From Spizellomyces punctatus DAOM BR117 (Eukaryota): DNA of 64,000 bases. This document shows, in pieces, positions 1 through 16,496 of the stretch (positions are counted from its first letter, which is position 1; every line of letters begins with the position of its first letter). Where the stretch lies: assembly GCA_000182565.2 (NCBI GenBank), contig KQ257459.1. The stretch is one strand, 5' to 3'. Position numbers and translations under genes: made by a program. The notes beneath the pieces are model-generated. The model was not told where the DNA came from and did not search any database. It saw only the letters and a list, made by a program, of their open reading frames with translations.

Positions 1-480
1 ATTTCCCTCTTCCGTTGTCGTCCTCGAAAGGTCGGACTTTCCGCTCGGGCTGCTCGTACGTGTTGTTTGGGAAGAACCGCTGGACATGGTCATCTTGCTT
101 CCATTGTTCAAGAGTCTCAGTGAGCTCATTTCGGCCTTTGAAGATGAGGATATCAATGACTTGTTGGTTCTCGATGGAGCGATTTGCTTCGAATTCTCGG
201 CGGAACCTTTGGCGAACCTGGTGTCGAAGTAAAGAGTCAGACCTGTATTATACTGCAGAAGGACTACACCAGCCATTGGTTGTGCTTTTTGCTGTTCATT
301 CCGGGCCTTAATCCTGGTTCCTATATACTACCTTACCTTCCACACGGGATACGGCAGCCTGTACATTTCTACAATGTCAGGAGCCGCTCGGACGCAGTCT
401 CTGAACAGCTGAAGCACGCGCTTCCGCTGTTCCTGGGCATTCCGAGAGATGATGGTAGGAAGCGGTTTAGTTAGAGTCAT
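1..480 (-). CDS. NDUFA6: NADH:ubiquinone oxidoreductase subunit A6 (B14, LYR family); 3' end runs off the window
   Basis: Exon 1 480-337 (MTLTKPLP...RKRVLQLFRDCVRAAPDIVEMYRLP), GT-AG intron 336-218, exon 2 from 217 (VRQRFRREFEANR...VIDILIFKGRNELTETLEQWKQDDHVQRFF), typical of NDUFA6. Confidence 0.9.
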
Positions 481-1715
481 GGTTTGGGTATGTTGCGGTG
501 CGGTATTGGTCCAAATCGCAATCCAAACGCAACTCGCCTTGGTGAAAGTTGAGTCTGCCCCCAAGGCAGTCATGTGACTGGAATCATGTGATCGATCGGT
601 AGCCACATACGCCACTTTCAAGCGCAGATCAATGAGCGCTGATAAAATAGTTGATCCATTGACAGATTCGTTCAAGTAGTGTTTGATCTGCAGTAAGCGC
701 ACGATATCTGTATGGGCAAGGCGCAAAGTAACTCAGCGGTCTTTTTACGAAGAACAAGACAAGTACTTGTATACTGGGTTTGGAACAACCCAACCTGGCT
801 CCGGCATACTCTGTGTGTCCACCTTGTGTTTAAGCAAGACTATCCTCAATCTCAAGCCCCCATATTTCTCTGGTAATTCAAAGACTACATTCTAGAAGAG
901 CCGTTGCACCTCAAAATAAGAGCTCAAAATGCGACTACTCTTTAACATTGGAGATTGGAGATTGATTGCCCATGCAATAATACGGCCACGTGCATTGGTG
1001 CTAAAGAACCCCGGCCACAAAGGCACCATTTATCCATAAGACTGTTTAAATCATTTGTAAACGAGAAATCAACGGCCACCTTCTACAGCAGTGCTGTTTT
1101 GGACAGCTCATACCTTGTATTGATTCGTGGTTGAAAAACAGAAAGATGCCAGAATCCGTTGATCCTCACCTTCCCCCAATGCTCATCTGGCACCATCATA
1201 CTCTGCAATCCTAAAGCATCGTTAAAGCCAATGCTGAATTCCTTTTGTGAAGATTGCAAACAAAACGCCTGTCAACTTACCCTCCTCGTGACTCTGTTGG
1301 GGGGGCGTGTTGACGCGTGACTTGCAGCAAATGGCGCTTGGCACGTCATGCACGACTTACTCTCCTGTCGACTTGCCCATTTCCTACGGTCAAAACCCAG
1401 GTTTCCATTGCGCATTCTCTTACACAACACACAAGGCATTTGTCCAAGTATTTTTGTTGAAAACGCAACTGTTGCTACAGGATAATTGGGCAACCGCATT
1501 ATTTGTTCCCACGCCGCCACAACTTGCTTTGTTTGGCTCGTCCTGGGCCAAGCGTCTTACGGTCTTCAGTTTTTACCCAAGGTAGCCTTCTTCCTTCCCT
1601 TTTTCTTCTCTTTGGCTTTGTTTGCCCACACTCCAACAGTGCGTCGTTGGTCGGTATCCAGACCACCCGCTTTTGCTTTCCCTATAACCCGACAATTTCC
1701 GACCGTCTCCATACC

Positions 1716-2321
1716 ATGGACAAGATGGACTTGACTCTCCCCTTTGGGCCAGACAACCACCAGACCCGCACCTGGAAGCTTGATGAAAGCCGCAAGGAAC
1801 AGGCCCGATCGCTTGCTTCCCGTCTTGGAATTACTTACGCTCCCGGAACTGCTCCACCTTTACCGTCCGCATCTACTCATCCCGAGCTCTACGAACTCGC
1901 TACAACAGCACTCAAAGAGGCAGGAGGTCCACAATTCATTAACCCCGATCACATTACCGCCCGAAAAATGCATGTTACCCCGAATTCTGACGAGAGCATC
2001 TACCTCAACATCCTGGGAGGTCTCGCTGGATACCTGATTTTCGATCTACCAGATGGTCAAGGCGGGTTTGTTCTCATTGATCCAAAGAGGGAACGAACCA
2101 CCGCCTGGCATCCGGAAAGGTCGACACGAGAGGCCGCATGTGTGTGTGGAAGTTTGGTGCTGCGGGAGGCCAAGAGGAAAGGTCTTGCAGAAGTGGATGA
2201 TTTGGCAAATGCGTTGAGCTCCATGGCAATTGATCCCGAGACGGGATTGATGAAGAATTTGGAGGAGGCCTTTGGACACATTGATATTAATTCAGTTACT
2301 AACAAGGTGAGAACCCAATGA
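1716..2321 (+). CDS. Hypothetical protein, 201 aa, intronless; weak cupin-like segment
   Basis: ATG 1716 follows a pyrimidine-rich leader; open frame to TGA 2319-2321; globular-looking composition. Confidence 0.65.
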   Translation: MDKMDLTLPFGPDNHQTRTWKLDESRKEQARSLASRLGITYAPGTAPPLPSASTHPELYELATTALKEAGGPQFINPDHITARKMHVTPNSDESIYLNILGGLAGYLIFDLPDGQGGFVLIDPKRERTTAWHPERSTREAACVCGSLVLREAKRKGLAEVDDLANALSSMAIDPETGLMKNLEEAFGHIDINSVTNKVRTQ

Positions 2322-2999
2322 CCGGACGCTAAGCGGGGTCGCAAGTTATATTTACATTTTATTGGTTCGTTCTATAGGAGCCAGATATAGAAAGCATTAC
2401 ACTTACTCAAGTCGATTTGCCCAGCGTGTCTTCCACCCCGAGCTGGTTGAGCTATCCACATGCTCCCGGTGCAGCGGAAACAAGGGGACACAGGTTATCA
2501 AATCCATGGTAGACAAATCATTTCACTGGTTATCTTGGTACGTTACATGATGACGGCTGCTCAAGAATCCAATATCAACATTTTCGTTCACAGATCGTAC
2601 GAAAGTTCATCGTTAGTCAAGTCATGTTTCTTGTTATTCTCAAAATCGAACCGCAGCGAAGGGGGTATGGGAGGATTGAGGACATTGTGCGGGAACATTT
2701 GTCCTTGTGCTGGCGTGCAGCGACGTGCATTATTGGTGGTGTCAAGGGCTCGTGCAAAAGGGTACATCTCGTGAAGGCGCCCTTGACGTTGTGCAGGGAT
2801 CTTTTATTTTTTTTTCTTCTGTGCGCGAATGGTTTATTGGTAATATAACAGGCTGGACTCTAGCATTCATTCTGACCATTTCAACAAGTATAAGAAAACA
2901 GTATTATTATTTACATGGACATCACAAGTTGAAAAAGCGCAACCATCTGCAAAAGTCGTTGACATCCGCATCTATTGGTCCTCTCTCAATTTATGATCT

Positions 3000-3351
3000 C
3001 TAAGACCTCTCCAATGCCTTCCTCTCCTCCTCTGCGGCGACCAATTCAGGATCCTTTCCTTGGTTGAAATACGCCTTAACAGCTAAATAATCACAATAAC
3101 CGTCAGTATGCGTCCTATTGGCAACCGTGAGAGACTAGAAGCGACCTACCTGGCTTCTTCTCCTCCCACTTTTGTTCCACCTCCAGCTTAGCTTCTTCGA
3201 CAGACTCTTGAACTTTCTGTGCAGTATCTACCGCAGCGAGTTTTGCTGCTGTTGAGGCGTGAGCCGAGGCTTCCGCTGCGTGTTGCGCTGCCACCTTCGC
3301 TTCGACTTTGGCGGTGTTAAGTTCCGTCTTGGGCGTTTGGTAGCTGGCCAT
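3000..3351 (-). CDS. Small hydrophilic Ala/Glu/Lys-rich protein (LEA/hydrophilin-like)
   Basis: Exon 3351-3150 (MASYQTPKTELNTAKVEAKVAAQHAAEA...), intron 3149-3083, exon 3082-3000 (AVKAYFNQGKDPELVAAEEEKALERS*). Confidence 0.7.
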
Positions 3352-3619
3352 GGTGCTATTGTTTGGATTTGATATTTGCTTGTATGTATTCTTGAAAAGT
3401 CGAGGGCTGATTAAAATCGGGGGGGCAGGGGAACCCTTGGACGGTCCTTTTAAAAGCTGCTCGGAGGAATGACGTGGATCGAATACGTAATGCCGTGCAT
3501 GACGTCAGGTCAAGGAATCGCGTGAGTGGCACAGCGCATGTCAAGCCACACCATGGTCCGACCAATACAATAGTGCATTCACAAGCAGCATTTATTTAAA
3601 GGACAAGTTTCTATGAAGG

Positions 3620-4096
3620 CTACTTTAAAGCTTCACGAACATCCATCAATGCTTTTCCTAACAAATTCAACCCCCAAGACCTCCTATCAGCTCCTGCCGC
3701 AGCCCTAGCCGTATACCCGATTCCCCAAATTCTGTCATACGGACTTGCTTCCACAATCTCCTTGCTCTTAGTGCTAAGCAATATTTCTTTCATTCCAGGA
3801 TTTTGCCCAAATTTCAGCATATTGCCATTAAAAACGATGCGATATCTGTGGGCGGCCCATTCGGATTGAACAAAGTTCCTGACACGCTGTCCGAGCGCTT
3901 TGACTTTTACTGGACGTGTTTCCTGAAGGATTTGCTCGGCAATGACCTGGTCGTTGAATAGAACTGCTTTATGGTACATCATGTAGTGTTCGGCTGTTGG
4001 GAACGTGATGCCATCTTCGGTAAAGGGGGAAGGGGCCCATTGGGAAAAGATTCCATGGGGACGCTCAGAGGTCTTCCAAAAGTATACTGCGCTCAT
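3620..4096 (-). CDS. NADAR family protein (YbiA-like N-glycosidase)
   Basis: Motifs FSQW, FPTAEHYMMYHKA, KALGQRV, KFGQN, EASPYDRIWGIG, GLNLLGKALMDVRE; intronless, 158 aa. Confidence 0.93.
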   Translation of the reverse strand: MSAVYFWKTSERPHGIFSQWAPSPFTEDGITFPTAEHYMMYHKAVLFNDQVIAEQILQETRPVKVKALGQRVRNFVQSEWAAHRYRIVFNGNMLKFGQNPGMKEILLSTKSKEIVEASPYDRIWGIGYTARAAAGADRRSWGLNLLGKALMDVREALK

Positions 4097-4565
4097 TGTT
4101 TGTCAATTGATTGTTTTCTAGTAATAAAATGTAGATTGTTGAAGAGACAAGGTGTCTATTGCCCTCCCTTAAATGCACTTTTATTTAGAAAATGTCCAAC
4201 ACTTATCGGATATTTTAGTGTACATTGGCGTGTGACTCGCCCACCACTGTGTGTCAAAGCTGAATTCATTCGTCGGCAACTCTTGAACGCGAATGTGGCA
4301 CAGTCAAACAGTTGGTGGGCAAGTTGCTTATCCAGAATCAAAGTGACGTTGCCACTTGTGTTTATCCTTTGCCAGAGCCTGTTGGTTGGCACATTACTTG
4401 GAGGTATTCCCATACGCCATAATGCAATCTGATGTTGTGGACCCATTTAAACTTGAGATATATTCTGACATAGAGGACAAAAGCCGCTTGTCATAGAAGA
4501 AGAAGAAAAAAAACAATGCTCGTATGGTAGATGCTACGTGCTGGGTACAAAGCACATATAATCTC

Positions 4566-5864
4566 TCATAGAGGAATCGCCACTGCAATGGCGGTCATAA
4601 CCACCCCCGCTATAACAGCCCACACACAGATCCACAGCGTCATCTTCGCTTGCCTACTCAACACCAATGGCTCCTCAACAATTTGGATGACGACCTTACT
4701 CCTAGTAGGCAACTGAGATTTGTCAGGTGAGGGCTGTTTGAGTCTTTTGAAGAATCCCCGTTTGGCGTCTGGGTCAACTTCGGTGACAAGTATTTCTTTT
4801 TTGCGAGCTGCCATTCGAAGGGGACACATTTTACTGTAGACGGCAACGTAGAGGAGACCTGCTGTTGCAAAGAGGGGGAACGCAGAGACGCGAGACCAGC
4901 GCGTCACATTGTTGTGAATCTAAACGTCGGGAGCGAGTTAGGAAAAGGTATATGGCTGGACGATGGATACAGTAGCAGTCGCAAACGTACCAGCAGAGCC
5001 ACTAATAGTACACCCAACAACGACGTCAAAGATGCTGCCACAGTCCGTGAAATCCTTGCAGGCGTCTGCACATTTTGGGCAGCATAATGCATAAATGCCG
5101 GTACACTGGACGTGCCCATGATATCAAGACAGTGCTTGACAACTGGAGCAAATACATCGGGATGTGTAGTACTAGCTGCCTTGTCGCAAATAGATTTGCG
5201 CATGGCAGAAGTGATGTTGAGCTCTTTCGATGCCCCAGTTGTGAAAAAGAGTTGAATGGCGGCATTGATCTCTGTCCGAAACGGTTGTCTTTTAGCATCC
5301 TCTGTACATGTCAGCACGACTTTTTCAGGGGGTGGACACCCGAAAGGCAGCCATTCCGCAGACGCTGTCGCTCCTGTAGGAGGACCATCGGCAGTGAGGA
5401 TAGAACTTTTGAGTGGCGCCGCTCCAACACCGACCCCATTTTGGCTCGTTGAGAAAAGTGCTTTTACGAGATTATCTCCGGTGTGAGCGGTATCTGCTTC
5501 ATTTTCAGCGCTGAAAACAGGGGCGGGTGAGAGCGCACGTTCTGACTCTGGAAGAGCCATAAATCTGTGGCGGTAGCTGATAAACCACTCGAGAACATCC
5601 AGATTTTCTTCTGAAAACTCTTTTTTCTCTACATTACCAAAATGATCATTAGGATTAATGATATACTTAGGTCTGGAATAGGTATCAGGAGCACATACCC
5701 AAATATGTTCTAAAATCGGACAATGACAATGGCGTGCATGTCTTCCCTTGCAGTATTCTAACCAGAATACTTTCGTTATGCAACACATTTAGCTGTTGCT
5801 TTCTCTTCTTTACGTCAAGCGCCGTTTCGACTCCATCGATGGTCACCGCAGTGTGATTAGCCAT
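4566..5864 (-). CDS. RGS-domain protein with C-terminal transmembrane helices (fungal Rax1-like RGS-TM type)
   Basis: Exon 1 from ATG 5864 ends ...ILQGKTCTPLSLSDFRTYL, spliced to EKKEFSEENLDVLEWF...; also QPFRTEI...GASKELNI...TTHPDVF, then about 3 hydrophobic helices. Confidence 0.8.
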
Positions 5865-7083
5865 CTAGTTGCGGTCGCGATACTCGATAAAGTGAAAAGT
5901 TGAAAGCTTGCTTGCTCGTCCAGTTATAGGACATTACCTCGCCAGGTCCTCGGCCCAGCAATAGCAACGATCCCCAAACAAATGTTGCTAAATTTAATCT
6001 TTTTTCGTTTAGGTTCTTCGGTTAGTCCCAATCCCAAGGCAGGATGATCGAGATTATCCAGATCGGCGAATGCAACTCCTACGTATTGTCTTCAACCTCT
6101 GGTAGTCATATATGGCTGAAAGCGCGGCCCCAACAAATCGCAAGCGCGAAATCACAGTTACGACACCGGGGCTTACATCGTAAACACAGCGGCCCAAATG
6201 AGGGTTGCATTTGCAATACCCGATGACTGGTTGTAGATATAACAATAGGAATACAACTTTTTGTTGACCAAACTCATTCTACCGGGTCTCTGGTTTTTAG
6301 GCTCCGGGCTCATTTGGATCGTTGAATGTTGAATGAAGGAGGCTTTCCAATGAACCTCCGTTGAGAAAGCTTATCGTTCTGCTGCTTTGCATGCATGCAT
6401 TCATTTGACGTTGATAATGCTCGTGGAGTCGCTATGGATGGGATCAAGACGGGCAATGGCCGACTCTTGTTGTCGTGCCCTGATGTGAAATACCGCTAGT
6501 GCACAGTGTGAAACCTTTCACCCTCCCTGTTGCTGGACGGGACCGCCTGTCAAAGGAGATTAAAATTGGACGTAGAGACGAGACGTAGAGACGGAGCTCA
6601 CAGCAGCCCGATTCGAGCGTACATACTAAAAACCTTTCTAATAACCAACGGTGATCACCCATGTCCATTTGTGCAGCTTTGCACAGTGATGAACCGGCTC
6701 TTACAGATATTAGTGGTCAAATCCTTTCGATTTTCTCTAGTTCTTTGCACTCATGCCACGGGCAGGCATCCGTAGTCTATGAAACTTTCACCGTATATTC
6801 AAAGACGGACAGTGACTGCCACGTTCAGGCACTGTCCCCGGTTGGGGCTTTGCGTTTTCTATTCAGGATACCTCGTTCATTGCACCAAAAGCCTTTCAAC
6901 ATCAACAAGGGTCGAGCAAGAGCGACTCCATCATGGCACATCTTGAAGGAGCGGTTGATTGGAGGATTTGCGATCGCGTGTCCCAACGGAGGTGGACGCG
7001 TCGCTGGCCTTGCGAATCCCTCCAAGCCCGTGCCCATTTCACACTCTCGCATCCCTTTAACGAACACAGCAAAAAGCCCTACC

Positions 7084-7712
7084 ATGTCGGTCTATCTTCC
7101 TCCGTCCGCGCTCCAAAAGTACCTGCTCTTTGTCGGCACACTGGCGTTTTACAACGGTGCGCAATGCTTCTTCCCCAAAATGCGAGTGACAAGTCGGATT
7201 TACTCGGAAAAGAAGGGTGAAGGTAGGATCGCTGGCGTTATGGTCAGTCTTTGTTGTGGATCGTCTATAATGCTTGTAATCGAACCAAACTTGGACATTG
7301 TAGCGACGGCGTTAATGTCTCGAATGATGGGCCTCTGGACAATTACCTCTGGTCTTGTTCGGGTGTACGCGGCCTGGAATATTCACGACCGAGTGTAGCG
7401 TATCCCTTGTGTTTTTTGGTTTCCTTTTTGTAAGCCTAATATGCTCACACTATGACTTTCCTCTAGGCTGTACAATCTGACAATGTACACATTTGGGTTG
7501 GCACTATTTTCCTTCACAACTGAGGTCTTTGTCTACAAGACGGCAAAGATTTCCAGCCCTGGAGTGTGGCCTGCCTTGCTCATCTCTCGTAAGTGCTCTT
7601 TTTCATTGGATTTTTGCAACACATTTACCGGTTTTACGTCTTGACCACCTTTACATTAGCGATATCATTGGCATGGATGTGGAACTCGTATGCAGATTTT
7701 GTTCGTGGATAA
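7084..7712 (+). CDS. ERG28: Ergosterol biosynthesis scaffold protein Erg28
   Basis: Four exons give ...ATALMSRMMGLWTITSGLVRVYAAWNI...LYNLTMYTFGLALFSFTTEVFVYKT..., the Erg28 signature. Confidence 0.88.
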
Positions 7713-8303
7713 AAGATGTGGGCCAAAGGGATGCATTGACAACCTAGTTACAGGTGCAAAGTTCACCGGGAGGCAAAGAGAGCGACCAGTAGATAGATCC
7801 TGTAGCCCATCGCACACATTTTCGTTTTAGCCATAGTCTAGATGTCCTTTAGAGACGATGAGTCCAGTCATTCTTTTGTGTCAAAGAACAAACAAAGGTC
7901 TTGTTGGAATAAAAGCGACCATCTAGCAAACAATCATCGTCTTGAGGATTCCTTCCGGCAGCGATCGCAGTTTGAAACCTCCAGCCCTTCGTTATCAAAA
8001 CGGCCCAATCATTTCCAACCACGCTTTCAATGGGCTTTGGGCATCCAAATATGGTCATATGAGCTGCGCACGTGTTTTGGCCAACGAACTGCAGGACTTT
8101 CTCCCCTTGTCTTTCACACTGCCGTTTTGGATTTCTTTGCCCCATCCCGTCTTGTGATTTGTGCTAGTAATCGGACGGCTTTTGATCTGCACGCACCATT
8201 TCGCAAACTCGTTTAGAGTTTAGTGCACGAACAGCAGGGGGATTCTTAACCTGTCCATTCTTCTTGATCATCCCGTGTTGTCCGTGATTGCAACTTTTCA
8301 AAC

Positions 8304-11793
<3,490 letters not shown>

Positions 11794-13007
11794 GGGCATT
11801 TAGTTGGCGAATGGACTATCTTGGGGAAAATAGATGGGCCAGAGGGGGGGATAAAATGCTGGGGGGGCTCTTTATTTTTTTTTGTGATACAGACGAAGGC
11901 CCTTTCTTTTGGACTGAGAAGGTGAATGAAGAGGAAGGGTGGGAGGAAGACGTGTATATTATAGAAGGATTTGAAAAATGAGCGAATAGTCAAACAGATA
12001 TCTCCTTGACGTTTTCCATGGTGATTTTATGTTGCTCTTGTACAGTTTTGAAGTTCGCTCCACTCAGTCAGCCACTTGGTTCTCGTCGGCCGACGATAAC
12101 GCTACGGAAACATAAAATCTGTACGTTGCTCATGATCAAGAGCGAGTCTTCCAGAAGCAAGTCTATGAAAGAAATATCTTTGACACCCACTTACCTCTGA
12201 CGCAGAGATGGATGTGTGATGGGCTTTCTCATTTGCGAACAACATAAGCCGCTGTATTGATAGAGTCCCGAGTGCTCAGTAACTTACATTTCAAGTGTTT
12301 AGGCTTGCTCAATGATGGTATCCGTAAAGACTGGGTAAGGGCGCGAGAATACCCTGCATGGGATGGTCAGCGTAAGTATCAATCCTGCTCCCAAAATTAT
12401 GCGTATTTAGTTTTAATGGCTACTTTTATCGGTTTCTGCTCCTTTATGCGTTTCATAGCCCGACGCTCACTCCGGACACAATCAGCAATCGATGAAAAGC
12501 CTCGCGAGCACATGGGAACCATTGCCTACAATTATGATCGTTTCCATAAACCGACACAAAAAGCTGACCCCCTTTTAATAGAATGGGGAAATCAAGATTA
12601 GGGACCACGGCAACTTGAGCGGTTGCGAGATATATAGTCTGCACATCTACAAAAAAAGATTTTGTTGTCGGTTCGATGGCAAGTTCCAAGTTGGCGGGTG
12701 GATGGGTATTGATGGGTGAATCGTAGATTGCGGGGATCCTGCATTGTCATTCCGTCACATTTCGCCACGAGGGAGATGGAACTTACGGATTGTTATCGAC
12801 TTGGGCAAGTGGTTATGGGCAAAGTTTGGAGAGTCCGCCACCAAAAGGTTAATCGAACTTGAGGAGTTTGGTCAGCAGAGGTCAGCGGAGTGTCTTTGGG
12901 AGGCAACCAGTCACTATTTTATGGTATTGTTCAGAACAAAACGTGACTTTGTTTATGTTGGCAGCTATCTGACAATATACGCTCTCGTACCAGCGACGTT
13001 AACCTAG

Positions 13008-15352
13008 TCAAAGACGATTGGCAGGGCCTATCCGAAACAAACGAATAAATACATTAATACTACGATTGGACAAGATTCTAGAAAGAAAATACAATTTGCA
13101 GACTTACCAAGTTCCACTTTTAGTACATCCTTCCCAGCTTTAATCTCACTCAAGGTAGGACACCTGCCCAACCTCAACAACTCACTCACATGACTCACTA
13201 TCGGATCCTTATTCAAACTAGCACAGCCCACAATGTTGTCCCCGTTTGCATACCACGCAACAAATGCCGTGTCCTCTCCCTTCTGTGACTGCAGGTCACC
13301 CTGCACAAAGACAGTCTCAAACGGAGCTGTGCTAACGTATCGCAGGGATTTACCGTACTGCGCCGTCCAAAAGTATGGTGCTTTGTTAAAGGTTTGAAGA
13401 GGCTCCGAACGAGACGAGAGCGCAATATTCCGGGCTACGAGACGCCCAGTGTTGCGTGCTACGTTCCAGTGCTCGATACGGGTTGTTTTGGGATTCATGG
13501 GAGTTGGGAATCGTGCAATATCGCCCACTGCGTATAGTTCTGGGTGGTTGGGTACGGATAGGTTGGGTGTTACGGTTACCGATGAGTCGTCGTTCAGGAG
13601 GACGCTGGGTAGGTAAGTCGTGACGGGGGTCGCACCAATGGCTACAAGTACAACGTCGGCTGGAAGTACTTCACCGGTTGATAAGAGTACTGAGGCGACC
13701 TTTGTGGGATCTACGTCTGTTGTGGTCTGCGGTTGAGTTGCTACATCTTCTCAGCTCGACCTTTTGGAGCATTACCTGACGGAGTAAACTTTTTCGGGTT
13801 TACATTCGCCTTAAATTTCACTCCGTGATCTTCATGCCATCTTCTGACGAATTTCCCAACTTCTTCGCCTAAAACACTTTTCAAGGGTACCTGGGAACCC
13901 GTTGAACACAGTTCAGTATATCATTCTGATAGAAACAAAGCAACTTCGTTACCTCGCTCCTGGCTACGATGGTCACATTGGCCTTGTCATCTTTGGCGAG
14001 AACCGATGCCACTTCCATTCCAATGAACCCGGTGCCGATGATCACAACGTTCGGCTTTTCGAAGGATTTGATGGCTGCAGAAAAGGAAATACTCATGGCA
14101 TTGATACCGATGTGCTGGATGCAGCGAGCTTGTGCTGGGAAAATGCAAGAACAAACCAGAGTGTAAGGCGGTGGCGTCGATGAGAGATCTCAGGTAGTGG
14201 ACATTTTTGAGGTGGTTGCCTTCGATATCGAGAGTCCGTGGCTGTAAAATCATCACAATAATAAGTACGAGAGAGCTGTAGATACGCAGTTTGCAAAGAA
14301 TCGGATTAGACCTGCGATCCCGACGCCAAAACCAAGTACTTGTATTCTTGAACCGTCCCATCCGTCAGTTCAACCTTTCTTCCATCAATATTGACGGATT
14401 TGACCTCCTAATACCATCCGTACATCAGGACGTTTGGTTAAATATTCCGTGAACGATGAAAATTGACCTTGCTGGTGTTGAGTTCGATTCCCCGCTCCTT
14501 ATAGAATTCATCGGGCCTCAGTGCAGCCTTGTCGATTGACACATCGAGTGACTTGCTCAGCTTGGTTCTATCGATGGGAAGGTAGGGTTCTTTGCCATAA
14601 ACAATGATACGACCATCGAAACCGTGCTGCAAGGATATGAAACAGAGGTTCACGAAAGATGCCGGAAACAGTGAGCAAGCCGCCATTTACAAACCTCACG
14701 AAGCGCCTCCGCCGCCGCTTGTCCTCCAGATCCATTCCCGATAATCACCGCGGTGTCCGGGCGACGGACAGGTAAACCTCGGTTGGGAGGAGACCGGTTT
14801 TTTTTCAGCTCTACTCCAGTAATGTCAATGCTTCGTCATCAGAATCGTAACAAACATCCATCGCGGTAACGTACCTTCAGCTGACACGTTAATTAATATT
14901 TGGTCCCCTACCACACGAACATTGAAAGTCTTGAGACAATCCATGGCTGGAGCATCCTCGATATCCCCTGTTTTGATATTAAAGCATGCGCCATGCCAAG
15001 GGCTGCAGCATGTGCAGATGATATGGGCAGCAGCTCAGTTGACGGTAATGTCAACGATCGCCATGATTTCACAGCAGTTCCGTACCAAGTCAATCTTCCA
15101 TCCGACGTTAATACGCCCTTCTCCAAGGGTGCCCCATAATGCGTGCATTTAGCCGATGTAGCATAAATTGTGCCCTGGACTTTTGAAAGAAGGACTTTTT
15201 GCTTGTCCCCCACATCTACAGCCTTCCTACACATATGGAACCCGTTCGCCGTCAACAACCAAATGAGAAAGGTTTCCACATGAATAGCCAACCTACATTT
15301 GCCCATTTTGCAAGTCATTGGGTGTCGAGACCTCTCCTGGGTTGGTGGACAT
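13008..15352 (-). CDS. Rieske [2Fe-2S] plus FAD/NAD pyridine nucleotide-disulfide oxidoreductase (AIF-like, AIFM3 type)
   Basis: [14 protein letters not shown] and CPWHGACFN (Rieske); GxGxx[42 protein letters not shown]; last exon 13027-13008 encodes GPANRL*. Confidence 0.9.
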
Positions 15353-16127
15353 GGTTTTGGACGACAAGGATTGAAAAGAAAGCAGGCGATACACAACGGT
15401 TCTGAAAGTATGCGGGCGGTGTAGGATCTGCTTTATTCTGTGGTGAGGACGTAGCATCAAAAACCCACCAGAGGAAATGGGAGGTTGCAAAGGGGGGAGA
15501 AACCAAAAACGCTGAGCTTTTATAGCTGCCCTTGTTAGACGTTTTTGACGTCACGCAACGGATAGCGCGATCGACGCGTGCTTTGCAAGAGCGACTTTCA
15601 AACAACCTACTTTGCAATAGGCCTAGCCTTCAGGACATGCAATGGAATAACGATAGCAAATGGCAGCCATTTGGATAACGAGTTTTCTTTCAAAGGACAT
15701 GTTCACTCTTTATAAGCGTAAAGAATAGGCTAGTGTGATTGCCAAATAGCACATCCTGCTGCACTTGGCTGAACTGGTCGAGGCTTGTGGCCATGGGCTC
15801 AAAAAAGGGAATCGTGTTGTGGTCTCGATTTTGCTTCCAGTTAAAGGCTGTTCCCATTCAGGACAAGTCCATCACAGGTGCTCCTTCATGCATATCGAAC
15901 ATTGAAAGTTTAGCCATCTTTCCTGATGGTGTTTTTATTGTCTTGGAGGCATCTTTAAATACAAAAAGTGGTTTGGAACACTGCGACGACATGACAAGAC
16001 ATGACGTCAGCAATGCCGATCAAACAAAACCCTGGCAATATATCCTACCTTTCTTCTGCAAATCCAACTGCAAACCCCATCGACCCAACTTTATCAACTA
16101 AAAGCAGAACAGAAAACGGCCAAAAAC

Positions 16128-16496
16128 ATGCCGCGAGGACCCACAAAGTTCGATGAAGCCATGGCTCACGGGGGGAAAATCTCTTACCACCAGAAATCCC
16201 CAACTCAATCCGGCGTCAGTGTGTATGTAACTCTTCCGGACGGAACCCTCAAAAACTTTTCCAATGTCCATCCCGAGCGCGTTGAAGCGTATATTGACAA
16301 AGCTCGGCATCAAGAGAGAGAAGGGTCGCCTCCAAATAAGGACACAGAAACAGATCAGCAGTGGAAGACGGAGCAGTGGATGTTTAGGAAGAAAGAGCAT
16401 CCAGACTATGGTATGAATTTATTCTTTGCCAGCCACAAGGGAGCCCTTGCTAAATGGGCACTTGTGATTCCAGCGACCAAAGATGTCAGTGGGTAA
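16128..16496 (+). CDS. Hypothetical protein, 122 aa, intronless
   Basis: AAAAACATG start context after an A/C-rich leader; no recognisable domain. Confidence 0.55.
   Translation: MPRGPTKFDEAMAHGGKISYHQKSPTQSGVSVYVTLPDGTLKNFSNVHPERVEAYIDKARHQEREGSPPNKDTETDQQWKTEQWMFRKKEHPDYGMNLFFASHKGALAKWALVIPATKDVSG

Noticed and set aside
6661-7083. 141-codon in-frame extension upstream of ERG28
   Set aside because: Erg28 similarity begins at ATG 7084, which has a good context; the upstream part looks like promoter or UTR
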